Origin: Saccostrea cucullata
Taxonomy: Eukaryota
Reading direction: 5' to 3'
Assembly: GCF_032062105.1 (NCBI RefSeq)
Contig: NW_026932065.1
Span: 124,001-188,000 of the forward strand
Length of the DNA: 64,000 nucleotides
In this document: in pieces, positions 47,737 through 61,300 of the stretch
How positions within the stretch are numbered: the stretch's first letter is position 1
How the letters are laid out: the number at the start of each line of letters is the position of its first letter
Program-made: the position numbers and the translations under genes
The notes under the pieces: generated by a model
What the model saw: only the letters and a program-made list of their open reading frames with translations
Told to the model about the DNA's origin: nothing
The model's database searches: none

Positions 47737-48324
47737 CTGCCTTATCTGCTTATGTTAAATCCCTATAGTCGTGTGCAGTTTATTGTAGCCATTATAAATA
47801 CATGCAAATTGTGGAAAAATATTTCTACTGAAATCGATATTTTGTGATTAAATTAAATTTATTTTCTATTGAAGAGAACTAGTTTTTGTCTAAAGTATTG
47901 ATAATTCAATTATTTATTCATTTATTTATTTATATTTTGACTTTTTATTCATTTATTTTATTTATTTATTTATTTTTTATTATTATTTTTTTTTTTTTGA
48001 AAAGAGGAGACACTGTAAGTTGTTATGTGTCTTGGAGCATGTCTTGAATTCATTAAATATTGCATTAGAACGAAGAAAGAGAACTCGGATTGTTTGTTTG
48101 GATATAATCTTTCTGACATGTACAGATTAAACTCTTAAGCTTAAATATAACTTCTTTAAAGTAGTCATATTTGAGAGTTTACTTGATGAAATGAAATATG
48201 CTAGAAAGAACATTATATGTTTTTCTTCTCCCTGATCTTTGTGTATACAGTTACCTTACGAGAGAGGCGAGACATTTTATGTTCATTTGGGGAAGGGAGG
48301 GGGGGGAGGAGATGATTTTTAAAA

Positions 48325-48748
48325 TTTTTATTTGTTTATTCGAAGAAGGGAGGGCATATTGCTTTGCTGCTGTGTGTCTGTCGCCCCACCATCCGTCAGT
48401 TTCCGTTCATTTTCTTCGCGGAGGTTGCACATATTGAAATGAAATTTGGTATACATATCATAAGAATATCTAGGTCAAGTTTTGTTTTGGTTACGATCGG
48501 ACCATTTCGGACAGAGTCATGCCCCTTGGACTTAAAACAATTCCAATTATTTGCAATTTCCGTTCATTTTCTTTGCAGTGGTTTCACATATTGAGATGAA
48601 ATTTGGTAAAGAGATTTATCATATGAATATCTAGGTCAAGTTCTGCTCTGGGTATCGATCCATTTTGACACAGTTATGTCCCTTGGACTTAGAAAAATTC
48701 TAATCATTTTGTGTAAGGGGCATAAGTGTCTTACAAATATTTCTTGTT
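48325..48748 (+). mobile_element. HINE/Helentron element with ~2 units of the ~161-bp satellite-like repeat
   Basis: TTCGAAGAAGGGAGGGCATATTGCTTTG head, two GCACATATTGAAATGAAATTTGG-type units, tail GGGGCATAAGTGTCTTACAAATATTTCTTG; same family as the copies at 57062 and 61737. Confidence 0.85.
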
Positions 48749-49487
48749 TTTGTTTGTTTTTGCATTGTAAATCAGTTCATAAGATAAAAATTATTTATAC
48801 TTGGAGTTACCAGTCGGTTAGTGTTAATCTATATGATTATTTTGTGAAAATTCCTTTGTATTATTCGAGAGGAAATTCAGTTGTATAAGAATTTGTTTGT
48901 TCTTTTGTTTCAAGTGTATAATAAAATAAAATGTATTTTAAAAATCTACATATTATTTGACATTTCTTTTTTTTTAACTAAATGAGTTTTAGCTCTTATC
49001 ATAATTATTAAGATTGTTGAAAAGCAGATTGTGTCAGTTTAAAGAAGAAGTTGGAAACCGATGAACTATTTCGTGTACATTATTTCAAATTCCCCTTTAT
49101 AAAAATAATATTTAAATGATTACTGGATAGTAATGGACAATGGACTACTTAGAGAATATTACATAGAATGCAAAGAATTGGTTGTACTTGATCACAAACA
49201 GGGCCAATTAAGTGAAGCGACATATTCGTTCCAAGCATCCAGAAGGGACCCGATCTTTGCCTAAAGAAAAGTGCGTTCGTAACATTAAAGCTACATATAT
49301 GTATGGTGTATCTGAGATAAAAATAAAAGTACAAGATTGAGTGTGAATATACATGATATCTGTTATTGTCCCCCACTTCCGCGAAAGCGACTGGACATTA
49401 AATCTCATCAAAATCTGTCACAAAAACTTTAACCTGGTTATATATTTTGAGTGAGAAGAGACAGGACTTGCATATTACACAAGTGTA

Positions 49488-50741
49488 TTACACCTTTATC
49501 CCATGACCGACAATTTTTCTTTGATCTTCGCAAGGGTGTATTTCTCATATCAACATAAGTGTGGTGATATATTAAATATCACATATGTGATATAAAGCTA
49601 GTGATATCCAACGATTATACTCCGGATGTAGGAGGAGCTATGCAAACGAGACAAAAATTCGTTTAGAACTAGATTTTAATGAACTAACAAAAACAAGAGA
49701 AAAACAAAACAAAACAGATAACACAGTTTAAATCAAAATGCACAAATCTTTACAAAAAAGACATCGACACCGTCAGCCGAAGCATAATTCTCGAAGCGGA
49801 TAACTTCATCTCCCATGATAGAAATTCGCACATTCAATAGTATCATTTTCCTTCCCGGCATCCTCTGAAAAGTTCATATAATGAACACCTTGCTCTCATG
49901 TACCGTAGAATATCGGAACAAATCGGATATAAAGTCCTCGGGGTAGGGGAAACCATATGCGCACCTGGCTTCAATTACAGTGTACAAAGCGTGATATATA
50001 AAGTACACAAGTTCTTGGTATTTACTAGCGAGTATTTCGGGAATGGTTTTAAACTCACCAAGTTGCTGTTTTGCTGAGATTTCCAGTCGTTGAACTTTTG
50101 AACCATGTTGACTGCCCATAAAGTGTTACGGCTCATGAATTTACTTTCTTGATTTTTTAAGCGCACTTATTTCAATGGCCGACACATGTTTTCCGAATCT
50201 AGTATTTTCAGTCCATTCCGTAAAATTTTCCCGTTTCAATCCCGGAAACTATAAATCGAAATTCATAAAGTCCTGGCCCCATGGGCCTTTTAAATCCGAT
50301 CGCCCGAGTTCATACATCTGAACTGCTTGACTCGATTGAAAATTATCCTCGTCGTAGGCTTGCTGAAAAACGACGATTACCCCTTCTGCCATTTTCGCCA
50401 GATCATAGAACAAATGAATTGATTATCTCAAGAAATTGATCACGTGTTACAGTACTATGAAAATTACCAAATTTGTAAATCCGTTACTTGGATACCAAAA
50501 AACCCTTCGCGTTAAGACTATCACGTGGTTCTGTTTCAGAGTCTTTATTAGTTGATGTAAAGAAAATACCAAATATGGGAAAAGGTCAAATGAAGGGTCA
50601 TGGGATAAATCAGTTACATGATTGACAGCTCGATGATGCATACAAAATATCGTTTCGTTATTGCAAACTCGGAGGCTAACGCCTCCTCGCGTGCAATAAC
50701 TCAACGATATTTTGTATGCATCATCTCGTGTCATCATGTAA
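49488..50741 (-). mobile_element. Decayed Crypton-type (tyrosine recombinase) DNA transposon inserted in a Helentron repeat
   Basis: TTACA...TGTAA ends; asymmetric 14-bp inverted repeat TTTATCCCATGACC (49495-49508) / GGTCATGGGATAAA (50596-50609). Minus-strand peptide relics SRNTLWAVN..FNDW and VIEARCAYGFPYP resemble the N-terminal part of Crypton/DUF3504-associated recombinases. The host repeat resumes at ~50750. Confidence 0.65.
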
Positions 50742-50749
50742 CTATTACA

Positions 50750-51290
50750 TAACTATGATTTTTTACCCCGTGACCTGAGCTTGAAGTTTGACCCACTTTT
50801 CAAAAATCAAAATAGTACTTTACATTGGCTATAACTTTTGAATGAGTAAGGGATACGGCTTCCATATTAAACATGTGTATTACCTGTGAGAAAACCTTTC
50901 TAAATACATTATGATTTTTGACCTCATGACCTTGGCCTTGAAGTTTTATCTACTTAAAAAAAACTTTAATCTTGGTCATAACTTTTCAATGAGAAGAGGT
51001 AGGGCTTTCACATTTCTCATGTATGTTACCTGGACATGACCTCTCTAAATACACTTTGATTTTTGACTCTATGACCTTGAACCTTGACGTTTGACCTTCT
51101 TTTCAAAAAATTTATTTTTTCTTTCTAACTTTTGATTGTTAAGTGATGGGGCTTTCATATTTGACATGTGCATTACCTGTGACAAGATATTTCCAAGCAT
51201 GCTGTTTCTGAGCCTTTGACCTTGACCTAATTATATTTCAAAATCAACTTTGGTGATTACTTTTGAATGATTGATGATAAGGCGTTCATA
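50750..51290 (+). mobile_element. Helentron-type tandem-unit remnant (continuation of 49420-49487)
   Basis: Three to four decayed units of TGACCTTG..CTTGAAGTTTGACC..TAACTTTTGAATGAG..CATATT..CATGTGTATTACCTG. Confidence 0.65.
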
Positions 51291-54017
51291 TTAGCTACAA
51301 TATTCCATAAATAATGATATCTCACCCACAAAGACAGAAATCGAGGGACCACAATTCTTTGAATTTGCTCTTTTTTTCAATTTTCACACGCGTATTTTTA
51401 AGATACATATGAGTAAAATTCACTTGTGATAGCAAATACTTTCCTCCGTGAAATTTTACCCAATACAGACAGTAGATGATTATTAATTTACAAAGTTTAT
51501 ATTTTCAGAGTTTTGGTATGTTAGAATAAAACTACACTAAAGATACTTATATGAGTGTGTAAACAGCACCGATTCCATATGCAGTTGCAAGATGCCATTA
51601 CTCATATTCAGTATAAATTTATATATTGCAGCAACATGATGCTTCTTGTTCTCGGAATTTCCTTACGTTGTAGAAACGATTATCAAATGAGGTGAAAAAA
51701 GGGAGCTCCTGTCTTCGGAACTCCCCATGCACTTCGCAAAAATTGTGAATCCGCTTTTCGAGAAAAATGAGTTTATCAACAATTTTGAATAAACTTTAAG
51801 GCAGTTTTGAGATCGTTATCGTAGAAAGATGAAGTAGTTTGCTATATATAAACGGGGTGTGTGAATATAAACACGGTATATGCTACATGTACATCATGTA
51901 TATTAAGATAAAAGAAGGAGGGCTGAAAAAAATGTTTCCTTTTACGTACATTTATATCTTTTTCTTCAACCAAAAATATATACATTTATTCATTAAATTC
52001 TAGAAGTAAATATAATTATACATGTACATGTAATAACATGTGAAAACTCATATTCTTGATAGTGGTAATACGAAATACATTGTAATAATAGGGTATGACA
52101 TCAGTAAATGTTTTCCTTACTGAAAGACGGAAGTTTTTTTTTTAATCATATGAATCCTATAACTTGATACATGTATATATTTTTTAACATATATGCGAAA
52201 AAGACATACCTGTATAAATTCGATTTACGGGTTTGAAAAAAAGAAATGGAATCTTAATTGGATTTTTAATTTTTGGGTACGTTCTAATTTTTACATAATA
52301 TTACTTTGATATATTCAAAATTATTATTTTGGATATTCATACTTCTAAAGGTAATATCTTATTGAATTATAACGGATAAAATAATCTCAATTTTGCATTG
52401 AAAGTCGGGATACTTAGTTCGGAATATACGCACGTTATCTGTTTAGTAAGATAATAATAAATATTATATTTTGTTCGTAAGAGGACGATCTTTTGATTCT
52501 GAAGGGTATAAGGGCTAGTAGATTTTGGAAATAAATAATTAATTTTTCATCGAAAAAATTGAAAATAAGTAATCTGTCTTCGATTGGCAACTAAGAAAAA
52601 TAATTTGTTTTTTACCAGAGATGCTATGGATATACACCCACCCCCACCCATGCACCACCATAAAATAAGAGTTTTGGTGTTAAAGGATGAGTGCACTTAA
52701 GCTATGAGAGTTAAGTCCCGGTGTTTTGCGCAAAATAAAATCCCGAATTTCATTCAGTTTATGTTTTATAGGTATTAAACCATGTCTTAATAGCAGATTT
52801 TGGTATATTATATTACAAGGAAGTTCTAAATAATGCTGAGCGACACTAGCTTTTGAGACGAGGGTCTACAGTTTTGCCTCATTTCTACTGTTATTCATAT
52901 GCATACCAGTTTTCAACGACATTGTTTACATCGAGCCGCAACTTTACCATTGGTCTCATTTGCACAGAATGTGTATTTTGATTTAAACTTATATATATAT
53001 AAAGGACAATGCTGGCCAAGTTGCGGCTCATATCTATTTTTTTGTTAAAAAAGTCTCTATACTGCCATCAAGTTACCCACTAAATTAACAGGTCCCCTAG
53101 TGTCAACGATTGATATTATAATCACTTTACTCACGTGACATTCCACGGTTCGATACGCCAACGCTTTCATTGAACATTTCATTGTGTTTGTCATTTGAAG
53201 TTTCTTTTCGGACAGTATCTATCGTACTTCCAACTTCAAACTATGGAAACTTTTTGCGCAAATTTTGATGAGGTTCGAAGATTATACGTCTCTTATTTTA
53301 CTGCGTATTTTTCGTTAGGAGTGTTTTGAAAGAATTCTGGTAGTGAGATTAGTAAATATAGGCTCATGTCGCCTCGGTATTATGGTCTGCAGGGCGATAC
53401 ATCTACCCTTTCCCTAAACACTAGATTCATTTATTATTTGTGCACCATGAAACTATACACAATCTCTCTCTTCACCATTTTAATCCGTAGTGTAGCATCA
53501 CATTGCGAAAAAAATCATGTGTGCTATTGTTTACATTCCACATCAACGCGATTTAAATATGTCGGGACGCCTATTTGCGGACACCTTAAATTCGATATAT
53601 AGTGATCCCGTTCAAATTTCCGGAATTTAAGGCTTGTACATGTTCTTTTCAATGGCGTTGTCTGTAATTATGGAAATATGTATGACAAAAAAAGTCAAGG
53701 CATAAATATCCAAAGCACAATAATCATTGATCAATTTAGCGATTATTGTAATATAAAGATTAAAATGGGTAGCCGACGTACTAAAGTGCACTCATTCTTT
53801 GGAATGTTTTATTTTCTTGTCAGGCTTTTTTCAATTGAGAGGAAAATAAATGTTCACGATCATTAGAACATGTAATAATAAATTACCGACATGAAAATAA
53901 TTTAATCTGACTCATAAAAAAAATTGTCAGCCACCCAAACATCCCCATCCCACCCCTTTCCTCTCATAATCAAATGGCCGTCCCCTAAACATGCTAAATC
54001 CACATCAAGGATCAGAT

Positions 54018-54068
54018 TAAGGACCTACATATAATATATACTAGTATTAGTATACAGCTAGGTCCCTG
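54018..54068. mobile_element. 51-bp micro-element with 10-bp imperfect TIR and 7-bp TSD
   Basis: ATCAGAT(54011-54017)-TAAGGACCTA ... TAGGTCCCTG-ATCAGAT(54069-54075). Confidence 0.55.
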
Positions 54069-55219
54069 ATCAGATAGGAATAAAACTGTGCCTATTGTTG
54101 AAAAACCTAGTGCATGGTCTAGAAAAATAAAAGATAATTTCACTGAATGAAAATTTTATGTCAAGTGGAACATGGTCTACTTAAGGTAGTCCGATCCTCA
54201 AGTTCATAAAAAAAATTAGCAGTTAAGTAATCGAAAATACTCATAAAAATACCTCTAAATCAACAAAGTAATGTAACTTTACCCACAGTATTTCTTTAAA
54301 GCTAAACATTAAAGTTAATCATATTATATAAGGAAAATTGTCAAATCTCCAATATATATTCAGAAAAAGCGAATAAGAACATCAGATAAGCATTTTCTAA
54401 TTGCAAATTGATCAACAAATATATTTTAGGTTAAAAAACAATAGGTATCCAGGCATTTAGAGAAATTGTCATGATTTTTATAATTATTTTGTATTCTATG
54501 TGCTCTTTTTCCTTCATTTGTTTTAGAATACATAGTATAAACGGCTTTTGCTATCATTGCAAGACATCATAAATCACTTCTAATTTCATAGTATGCTAAT
54601 AACATGTAAGCATTGGTATCTAAGGCTCGATTCAAGAAAATGTCATTTCTCTAAAACTGGATTTCTTTTTCTTTTTATAGGGTACAAATGTAAACTTTTT
54701 ATAAGACCTTTTCTGAGACTTCCAAAAACCTTGAATCATATAAAGATGAATAAAGTGAAAATTGTTGCATGAGAAAATTTCATTTTCAAGCTTCATATCG
54801 TTGCATTTTAAATTAAAAATTAATTTTGGAGTTGTCCTTCCTGGCTGAGGATCAGATATCCTTAATTGATTTTTTTTTTCATTTTTATTGTGGGAACTTG
54901 ATGAGTAATTTACTCTCAAACATTTTTTATCAGAGACATATGTACAAACTTGGTTCTTAAATATATGTCCCTGTTCTGTGTGCGAACAAAAGAAACAAGT
55001 TGACTAATATTTTTTTTACAAATGATAAAAATACCCCTTCTTGTGCCCCAGCAAGATAAGTAAGGTAATTTATTCAGCCATGCATTCAATCAACAATTAG
55101 ATATCCTTGAGAAACATCTATTAATGTTTACAACTTCTCAAATTGTTTTTGAAAGTTCGAAAGGACGCGAATGTTTTCTTTTCCAGTTTGACGTACGACA
55201 TATTTGGTGAAATTGTAAA

Positions 55220-55258
55220 CCGGAAGTAATAGTGCGAAGAAGATCTTGGAACGGAAGT
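55220..55258 (+). promoter_or_regulatory. Two ETS-type motifs just upstream of the claudin-like gene
   Basis: CCGGAAGT (55220-55227) and ACGGAAGT (55251-55258), 50-90 bp upstream of the ATG; motif match only. Confidence 0.35.
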
Positions 55259-55310
55259 TTTGATAACACAAGTATCTTTGTGAGAGAAAGGCCCAAAACT
55301 TTTCGACAAA

Positions 55311-58300
55311 ATGGTGAATTGTTTAGTCATTACGGCGATTATATGTGTTTTGGTCACAACTGTGGGCACTATTGTGTCTTTTGCGACGCCTAACTGGTTA
55401 AACGTGAGAGTTCCCACGAGCGGACAAAATCAGCGAGTGGACGTCTGTGATTGCTCAGCTACAGACTGTGATTGTGGGTTATGGCTGAACTGTAGAGGGG
55501 GGCCATCTTCTTCAGGCTCCCTTAACAACTGTCAATGGTTTTTCGCTAATGAATTTGCCATTGAAAAGAATTTACCAGGTATATGGTGTCATTTTCATTG
55601 TCTACTATTTACTACCGCAGGTACTTGGAACTTCGGTTGTAAATATTTATTTTACACAGCCCCCTACCTGGTTGTATGTAAAAAGAGTAACAAAGGATGT
55701 GCATCTAAAATTTCATTAATTGAGTTATGCACAACTCTAGGATTTTTTGATGAGAATTGCACTATTTTATTTCAGCGATTAACCTTTTGGCTTTTTCTAT
55801 TGATTTATATTCTGTTTCACACAAATACAAAAGAAAACAGTTTCAAAAAGGTTTGGGAAATGGGAGACAGTACAGCTGCAGAAGGAAGTCAGACATGTTT
55901 GATTACCTTTAATCTCTGTTCTCATCATGATTAATTGAGACAAAAATTTTGGACTCTTGTCTCTCCGGAAGAGACATCAATATTAGGCCAAACTTTTTAT
56001 ATTTGAAATTTCTCACTGAGTTAAAATTGCCCATTGTGATAGTCTGATTTGGTAGAACAACTAGTGAATATTAATTCAGGGGAGGGGGGCTGCACAGCAT
56101 GTCTATAGAAAAGATAGAGGTGAAAAACCTGACAGGGGATGGCCTTATGGCTTGTTTGAGATTCCTCTGACTATAACCCCTGCTTTTTTTATGATTACTT
56201 TTCACAATATAAAAAGCAGGGGTTAGAGTCAGAGGAATCTCGGATTATCACAATATAAAAAGCAGGGATTTTAGTAAGAGGAATCTCGGATTAAGGGATT
56301 ATCACAATATAAAAAGCAGGGATTAGAGTCAGAGGGATCTCGGATTAGCGATAGCCTGGATATGGGGCAGACATCAGACAGACACACAGGTTCAATCACC
56401 ATTGGCCAGAGAGTCCTTTTGGAAGACTCAAGAGCACCTTCTGGTGTTTCAGAGGGCCTGGGTTTGATTCCAGCCTCCACAATGTAATCATAGAGCTTGA
56501 CATTTTCAATCCATATAATCTTCCAGATTAAGTAACTGTAAGACCTATTTTCTCTTGTTGAAAGTATGATCCTATTCTATTATATGGTATCAGCTGCTCA
56601 CCATGAATTCTCAAAATGTGTAAATATTGTGTTGACAACACATTTTGAATTCATTTATATTGACGGCTTTAACCTGTAATAAAAATGATCCAGATTTATG
56701 GATGCAAGTAAAATCAAGTCTTTAAATCGATATTTGATGCAAAGAAACACTTTATCCTGATATTGCAGTAAATTTTGGAATAACGAAAATGAAAAATGTC
56801 TGCAATTGTATAAAAATTAAAATAATTTTATATTGATCAATGATCACACAGGTATTTATATCTACTAATCTAGTGCACAATACAATTAAGTTTCAATATT
56901 TCTTCAGTATCACTTCCAAAGGTAACCACACACAAAAAAAAAAATGAAAAATAGAATGAATGTTAGGTTAGCTAGAGCTCCAACATACAACAGATAAAAA
57001 ATGCAGCTTTTTGACAAAATAATAAACATGAAAATTTTTGATACTAGTAAACCATTAAATATTTATGCCCCCCTTCGAAGAAGGGAGGGCATATTGCTTT
57101 GCTGCTGTCCATCGGTCGGTCTGTCGGTCCATTTAGTTTCCGTTCATTTTCTTCACAACCGTTGCACATATTGAAATGAAATTTGGCATATAGGTTTATC
57201 AGGTAAATATCTAGGTCAAGTTCTGTTTTGGGTCTGATCGCACCATTTTGGACAGAGTTATGCCCCTTGGACTTAGAAAATTCCCAATTATATGCAGTTT
57301 CCGTTCTGTTTCTTTGCAGACGTTGCACATATTGAAATGAAATTTGGTATTCAGATTTTTCAGCTAATATCTAGGCCAAGTTCTGTTTTGGGTACGATCG
57401 CTCCATTTTTGACAGAGTTATGCCCCTTGGACTCAGAAAAATTCCACTTATTTGCAGTTTCCGTTCATTTTCTTTGCAGAGGTTGCACATATTGAAATGA
57501 AATTTAGTATACAGATATATCAGATAAATATCTAGGTCAAGTTCTGTTTTGGGTATGATCGCATCCTTTTTGTTAGAGTTATGGCCCTTGGACTTAGAAA
57601 AATTCCACTTATTTGCAGTTTCCGTTCATTTTCTTTGCAGAGGTTGCACATATTGAAATGAAATTTAGTATACAGATATATCAGATAAATATCTAGGTCA
57701 AGAAATGTTTTGGGTACCATTGCATCCTTTTTTGTTAGAGTTATGCCCCTTGGACTTAGAAAAATTCCACTTAATTGCAGTTTCCATTCATTTTCTTTGC
57801 AGAGGTTGCACATATTGAAATGAAATTTAGTATAGTAAGTATACAGATTTTTCAGCTGAATGTCTAGGTTAAGAAATGTTTTGGGTAGGATCGCACCATT
57901 TTAGACAGAGTTATGCCCTTTTGGACTTAGAAAATTCCAATTTTGGGGGAGGGGGGCATAAGTGTTTTACAAACATCTCTTGTATTAATAGTTTAAAATT
58001 ATGAAATATAATTATAAAAGAAAGGAATGTTGCTCAAACTGAACCTTTATGTGTGTACTTGAATACAAAAAGATAGTCTCATCTGACTCAGAGAAATTGA
58101 CTGCAGTGTTTCAATAAAAGTATAGTACTTGCTTTGAGCTTTGAACATGTTGAAGATGGAGCTTGCCTTGGTCTTATGGCCACCTGTAGGCATGTGACCA
58201 AAAAAAAACAAAAACAAAAACAAAAACACCACCTTTGATTCTTTGGCTTTGAGTTAAAAATTTGAACTATTTCATGATTTTCCAGTTATCCAATCATTTG

Positions 58301-61300
58301 ATGGATGTCAAGAGTTTTATCTTCAGTTTTGCTTAATAAACAAAGAGATCTTGTTATCTTTCAAGACTGTTAAAATGTTTAGCACAAGTTATTCATACAC
58401 TGTGTATTTGATGATTTAAATTCAAAAACAAATAGCTCAAGGTGAAATCTGAATTTAAGGTGTATGTAACTGAAGTACATAAATTTGCATTCTTGATTTG
58501 TTATTCAGGCATAAGGAGTTATTTTTGTGTGTGTGACAATCTGAAATGAAATGATTGATCATTTGATGTTTAGAAAGCAGTATATTTACAGTTTTTGATA
58601 CTTTTTTGTAATCCTGTGAGGTAACTGATAAGTTAATTCCACATATTTTGATTTTCATAAACAAAGTACATACTTAACTTCTTAAGTGATATTCGTGATA
58701 TTGTCAAAACTTACTCAAGAAAAAATATGAAAATGATCAAGAGCTCCTTTTAACAGTCAAATGAGAACATTTACATGTTCTCTCTTCATGCTGATCAGAT
58801 GTACCTCAAGAGTCAAGTCAAATAAAAAAAAGTATCTCCAGTGTGTACATCCATTTTCAATTATAATGAGCCTCTAAGCTAAGAGCTAAGACTAAGCAGT
58901 TGTGGAAGTAATTACATTTAACAGCTGTGTGGCAGGGCCTTCATCATAAGTATCAACAGAGCAAATACACAAGCAGTGTTAGCACAGATCAATGTCATAA
59001 AAAATATCCTAGTATATGTTTCTAAATTGTATACACAAGTAAATGAAAAATCTCCGATTAATGCATTCCATATGAATTTGGAATATTTTGTTTTATATGC
59101 ATGGTATTTCTTAGAAGTTGTTAATGTGTGTAGATTTCGGTTGCCAATATGTGTGAACTTTTGACCTTGTAGACTGGTTCAAGGCCGTCCAGGGATTGAT
59201 GTCATGTGCCGTAGCCAGTTCCATGCTCTCTCTTCTGATTGGTCTGTTCTCCCTCTGTTGGGCCTGCAAGGGATGTAACCCATACCAAGCAACCGGAGCC
59301 TTTGCCAATCTTACATGTATGTATTATGGTGTACTATGTTTTAGAAAAACTCTTTAGAAGACAAAAGATTTACTGTGTCAGAACAGTCAGATCCACTTCT
59401 TTGTTTATCATCTTTAAACTCCCCCATGATATTCAGTATGCACAGGTGTGATATTTTATAGATGTCATCATTAATGATTTTATGTTTATTAATTGGATGA
59501 GAGAAATATTTCATACAAATAATAAAACAGTGGTTATATTCATATTTCACTAGCAGAAAAACTGGATGATTAAGGAGGAATTTTATAGAAAAAATGGGGA
59601 ATTTCAAATAAAAAGGAATGTGGTAAATATTTCAGATGTAAATATTAATATTTAGTTATTTACATGTCTAAAGATAAATTATTGTCACAGTTTGGGATAT
59701 TATGTCCTTTTCATAAAAACCATAATAACACATTCCACAGTTTGGAAGTGTTGGGAGTGTTAATTACTTTTGATTGGACTGTACGCCACATATTCTCTAC
59801 AAGTTGTTTTATACATGACACAATAGGATTGTTTTGTATCTTAAGTTATGAATATTGAATACACAGCTTCAAAAACTTGAGATAATTATACATCAGAAAA
59901 GGTATTTACATACAACTATTGGTAAATAAAATATTTTTTTTTCAATTATCATTATGCCTAAGTTTTATTGAATTAGATTTTAAGTACTTTATTTTTTAGT
60001 AAATAAAAATTTAATATTTTTTTCTGGTAATGCTTGGATAACTTTCAGAGGAAACCCTCATGTAAAAGACTGCTAACCAATGAAACAGGAATTTCAACAA
60101 GTTCAAAGCTAATAACATATGTACTAAATGATAAATCTATCAGCATACAGCATGTCCAGTTTATTGTGTAGATTAAAAGCCCAGATTGAAAAACTCAGAA
60201 CCACAAGGTGAATTTGAAAAGAGGAGGAAGTTTCTCCTATATTAAAGTAACATGATTAAATATTACATCGAATTCAGGCACAAGTAAGAGAGAAGCATTG
60301 TAAAAAAGATATATTGAATAGACTTGTAAGGAAGAAGGAAAATAATCTTTAATTAATTTGTTCTGATAAACTAGTACAGATTGCCAAGTACTGGCAAGTA
60401 AATGTACATTTTTAAAAACCAATTATTTCTTTCCCCCAGAAAAAAATCATTAATAGCAGGAAAAAAAATCATCTGAATAATACACTCTTATGTTTGTTAA
60501 AAGTATGGATTTTTTGCTGAAGAAAAGTTGATTAAGAATATTCTTAAAACTTGTATCAAAATAGGTTACTTTTATACCGAACACATTTTTCGAGTTTATT
60601 GAAAATATATACATTGTACATATATTTAATATACATCTTTATTTAAACTGTTTTTAGATTTATTTTTAAATAAAAAGGAAAGTCCCCTAAAAAATGAAAT
60701 TTTTGAACATCTAACAGTTTTTTTGAATTTTTGGAAGACCAGATGGGATGCAGTGTGTGTCTGTGTTTTCTTTGTTAAGAACAGCTTAAATAGGCTACTC
60801 CATTAAAAAAAAAGATTATCTCGGCTATATTTAGGACAACCCTTTACATGCAACCTTTGGAAAAGATTTTACAAGTGATAAAAATTTAAGAGTTATCAGA
60901 GAAATTCTATTGCACAATCTTTTTGCTGAGAGATCTGGAGTTTGGCAGCAGGGGAAAATCACTCTGTTTCAGAAAAAAAGCTTCAATAATTCAAAACTCT
61001 TGTCAGAAGCTCTACAGTTGCCATTATTTACATACATGCATATTATCAGGCCATTTCCTTTGTTTCATATTCAACCCCCAAAATCATCCTCAAAGCTATA
61101 GGTATTCAGATTTACATACAGGTATAAAGCAAAATCGTGTGTAAAAACATGAGAAATGTTGGCTTTATGGAAACATTTTACATAGCACATGAGCCATGTT
61201 TTCTATGGTGTTTTTCATTGAATCACATTTTCCCCCTGAACATCCCTCAATGTTATTTATAAAGGCACTAGCGTTTAATAATGAACAAGTTACATAAAAT

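Noticed and set aside
54181-54215. Possible Kolobok left end TTAAGGTAGTCCG
   Set aside because: Could not locate the partner TIR.
55579-55934. C-terminal half of the 207-aa ORF 55311-55934
   Set aside because: Read-through into intron 1; the donor at 55579 splices in frame to claudin-like exons at 59173 and 62687.
56420-56480. tRNA-like B-box (GGTTTGATTCC); a similar weak signal at ~5950-6000
   Set aside because: No cloverleaf can be built; at most decayed tRNA-derived SINE heads.
57062-57983. Regular repeats suggesting a CRISPR array; short ORFs 57044-57813 and 61727-61972
   Set aside because: Units are contiguous ~161-bp tandem monomers without unique spacers, inside a Helentron-type element in eukaryotic DNA; the ORFs are translations of the repeat.
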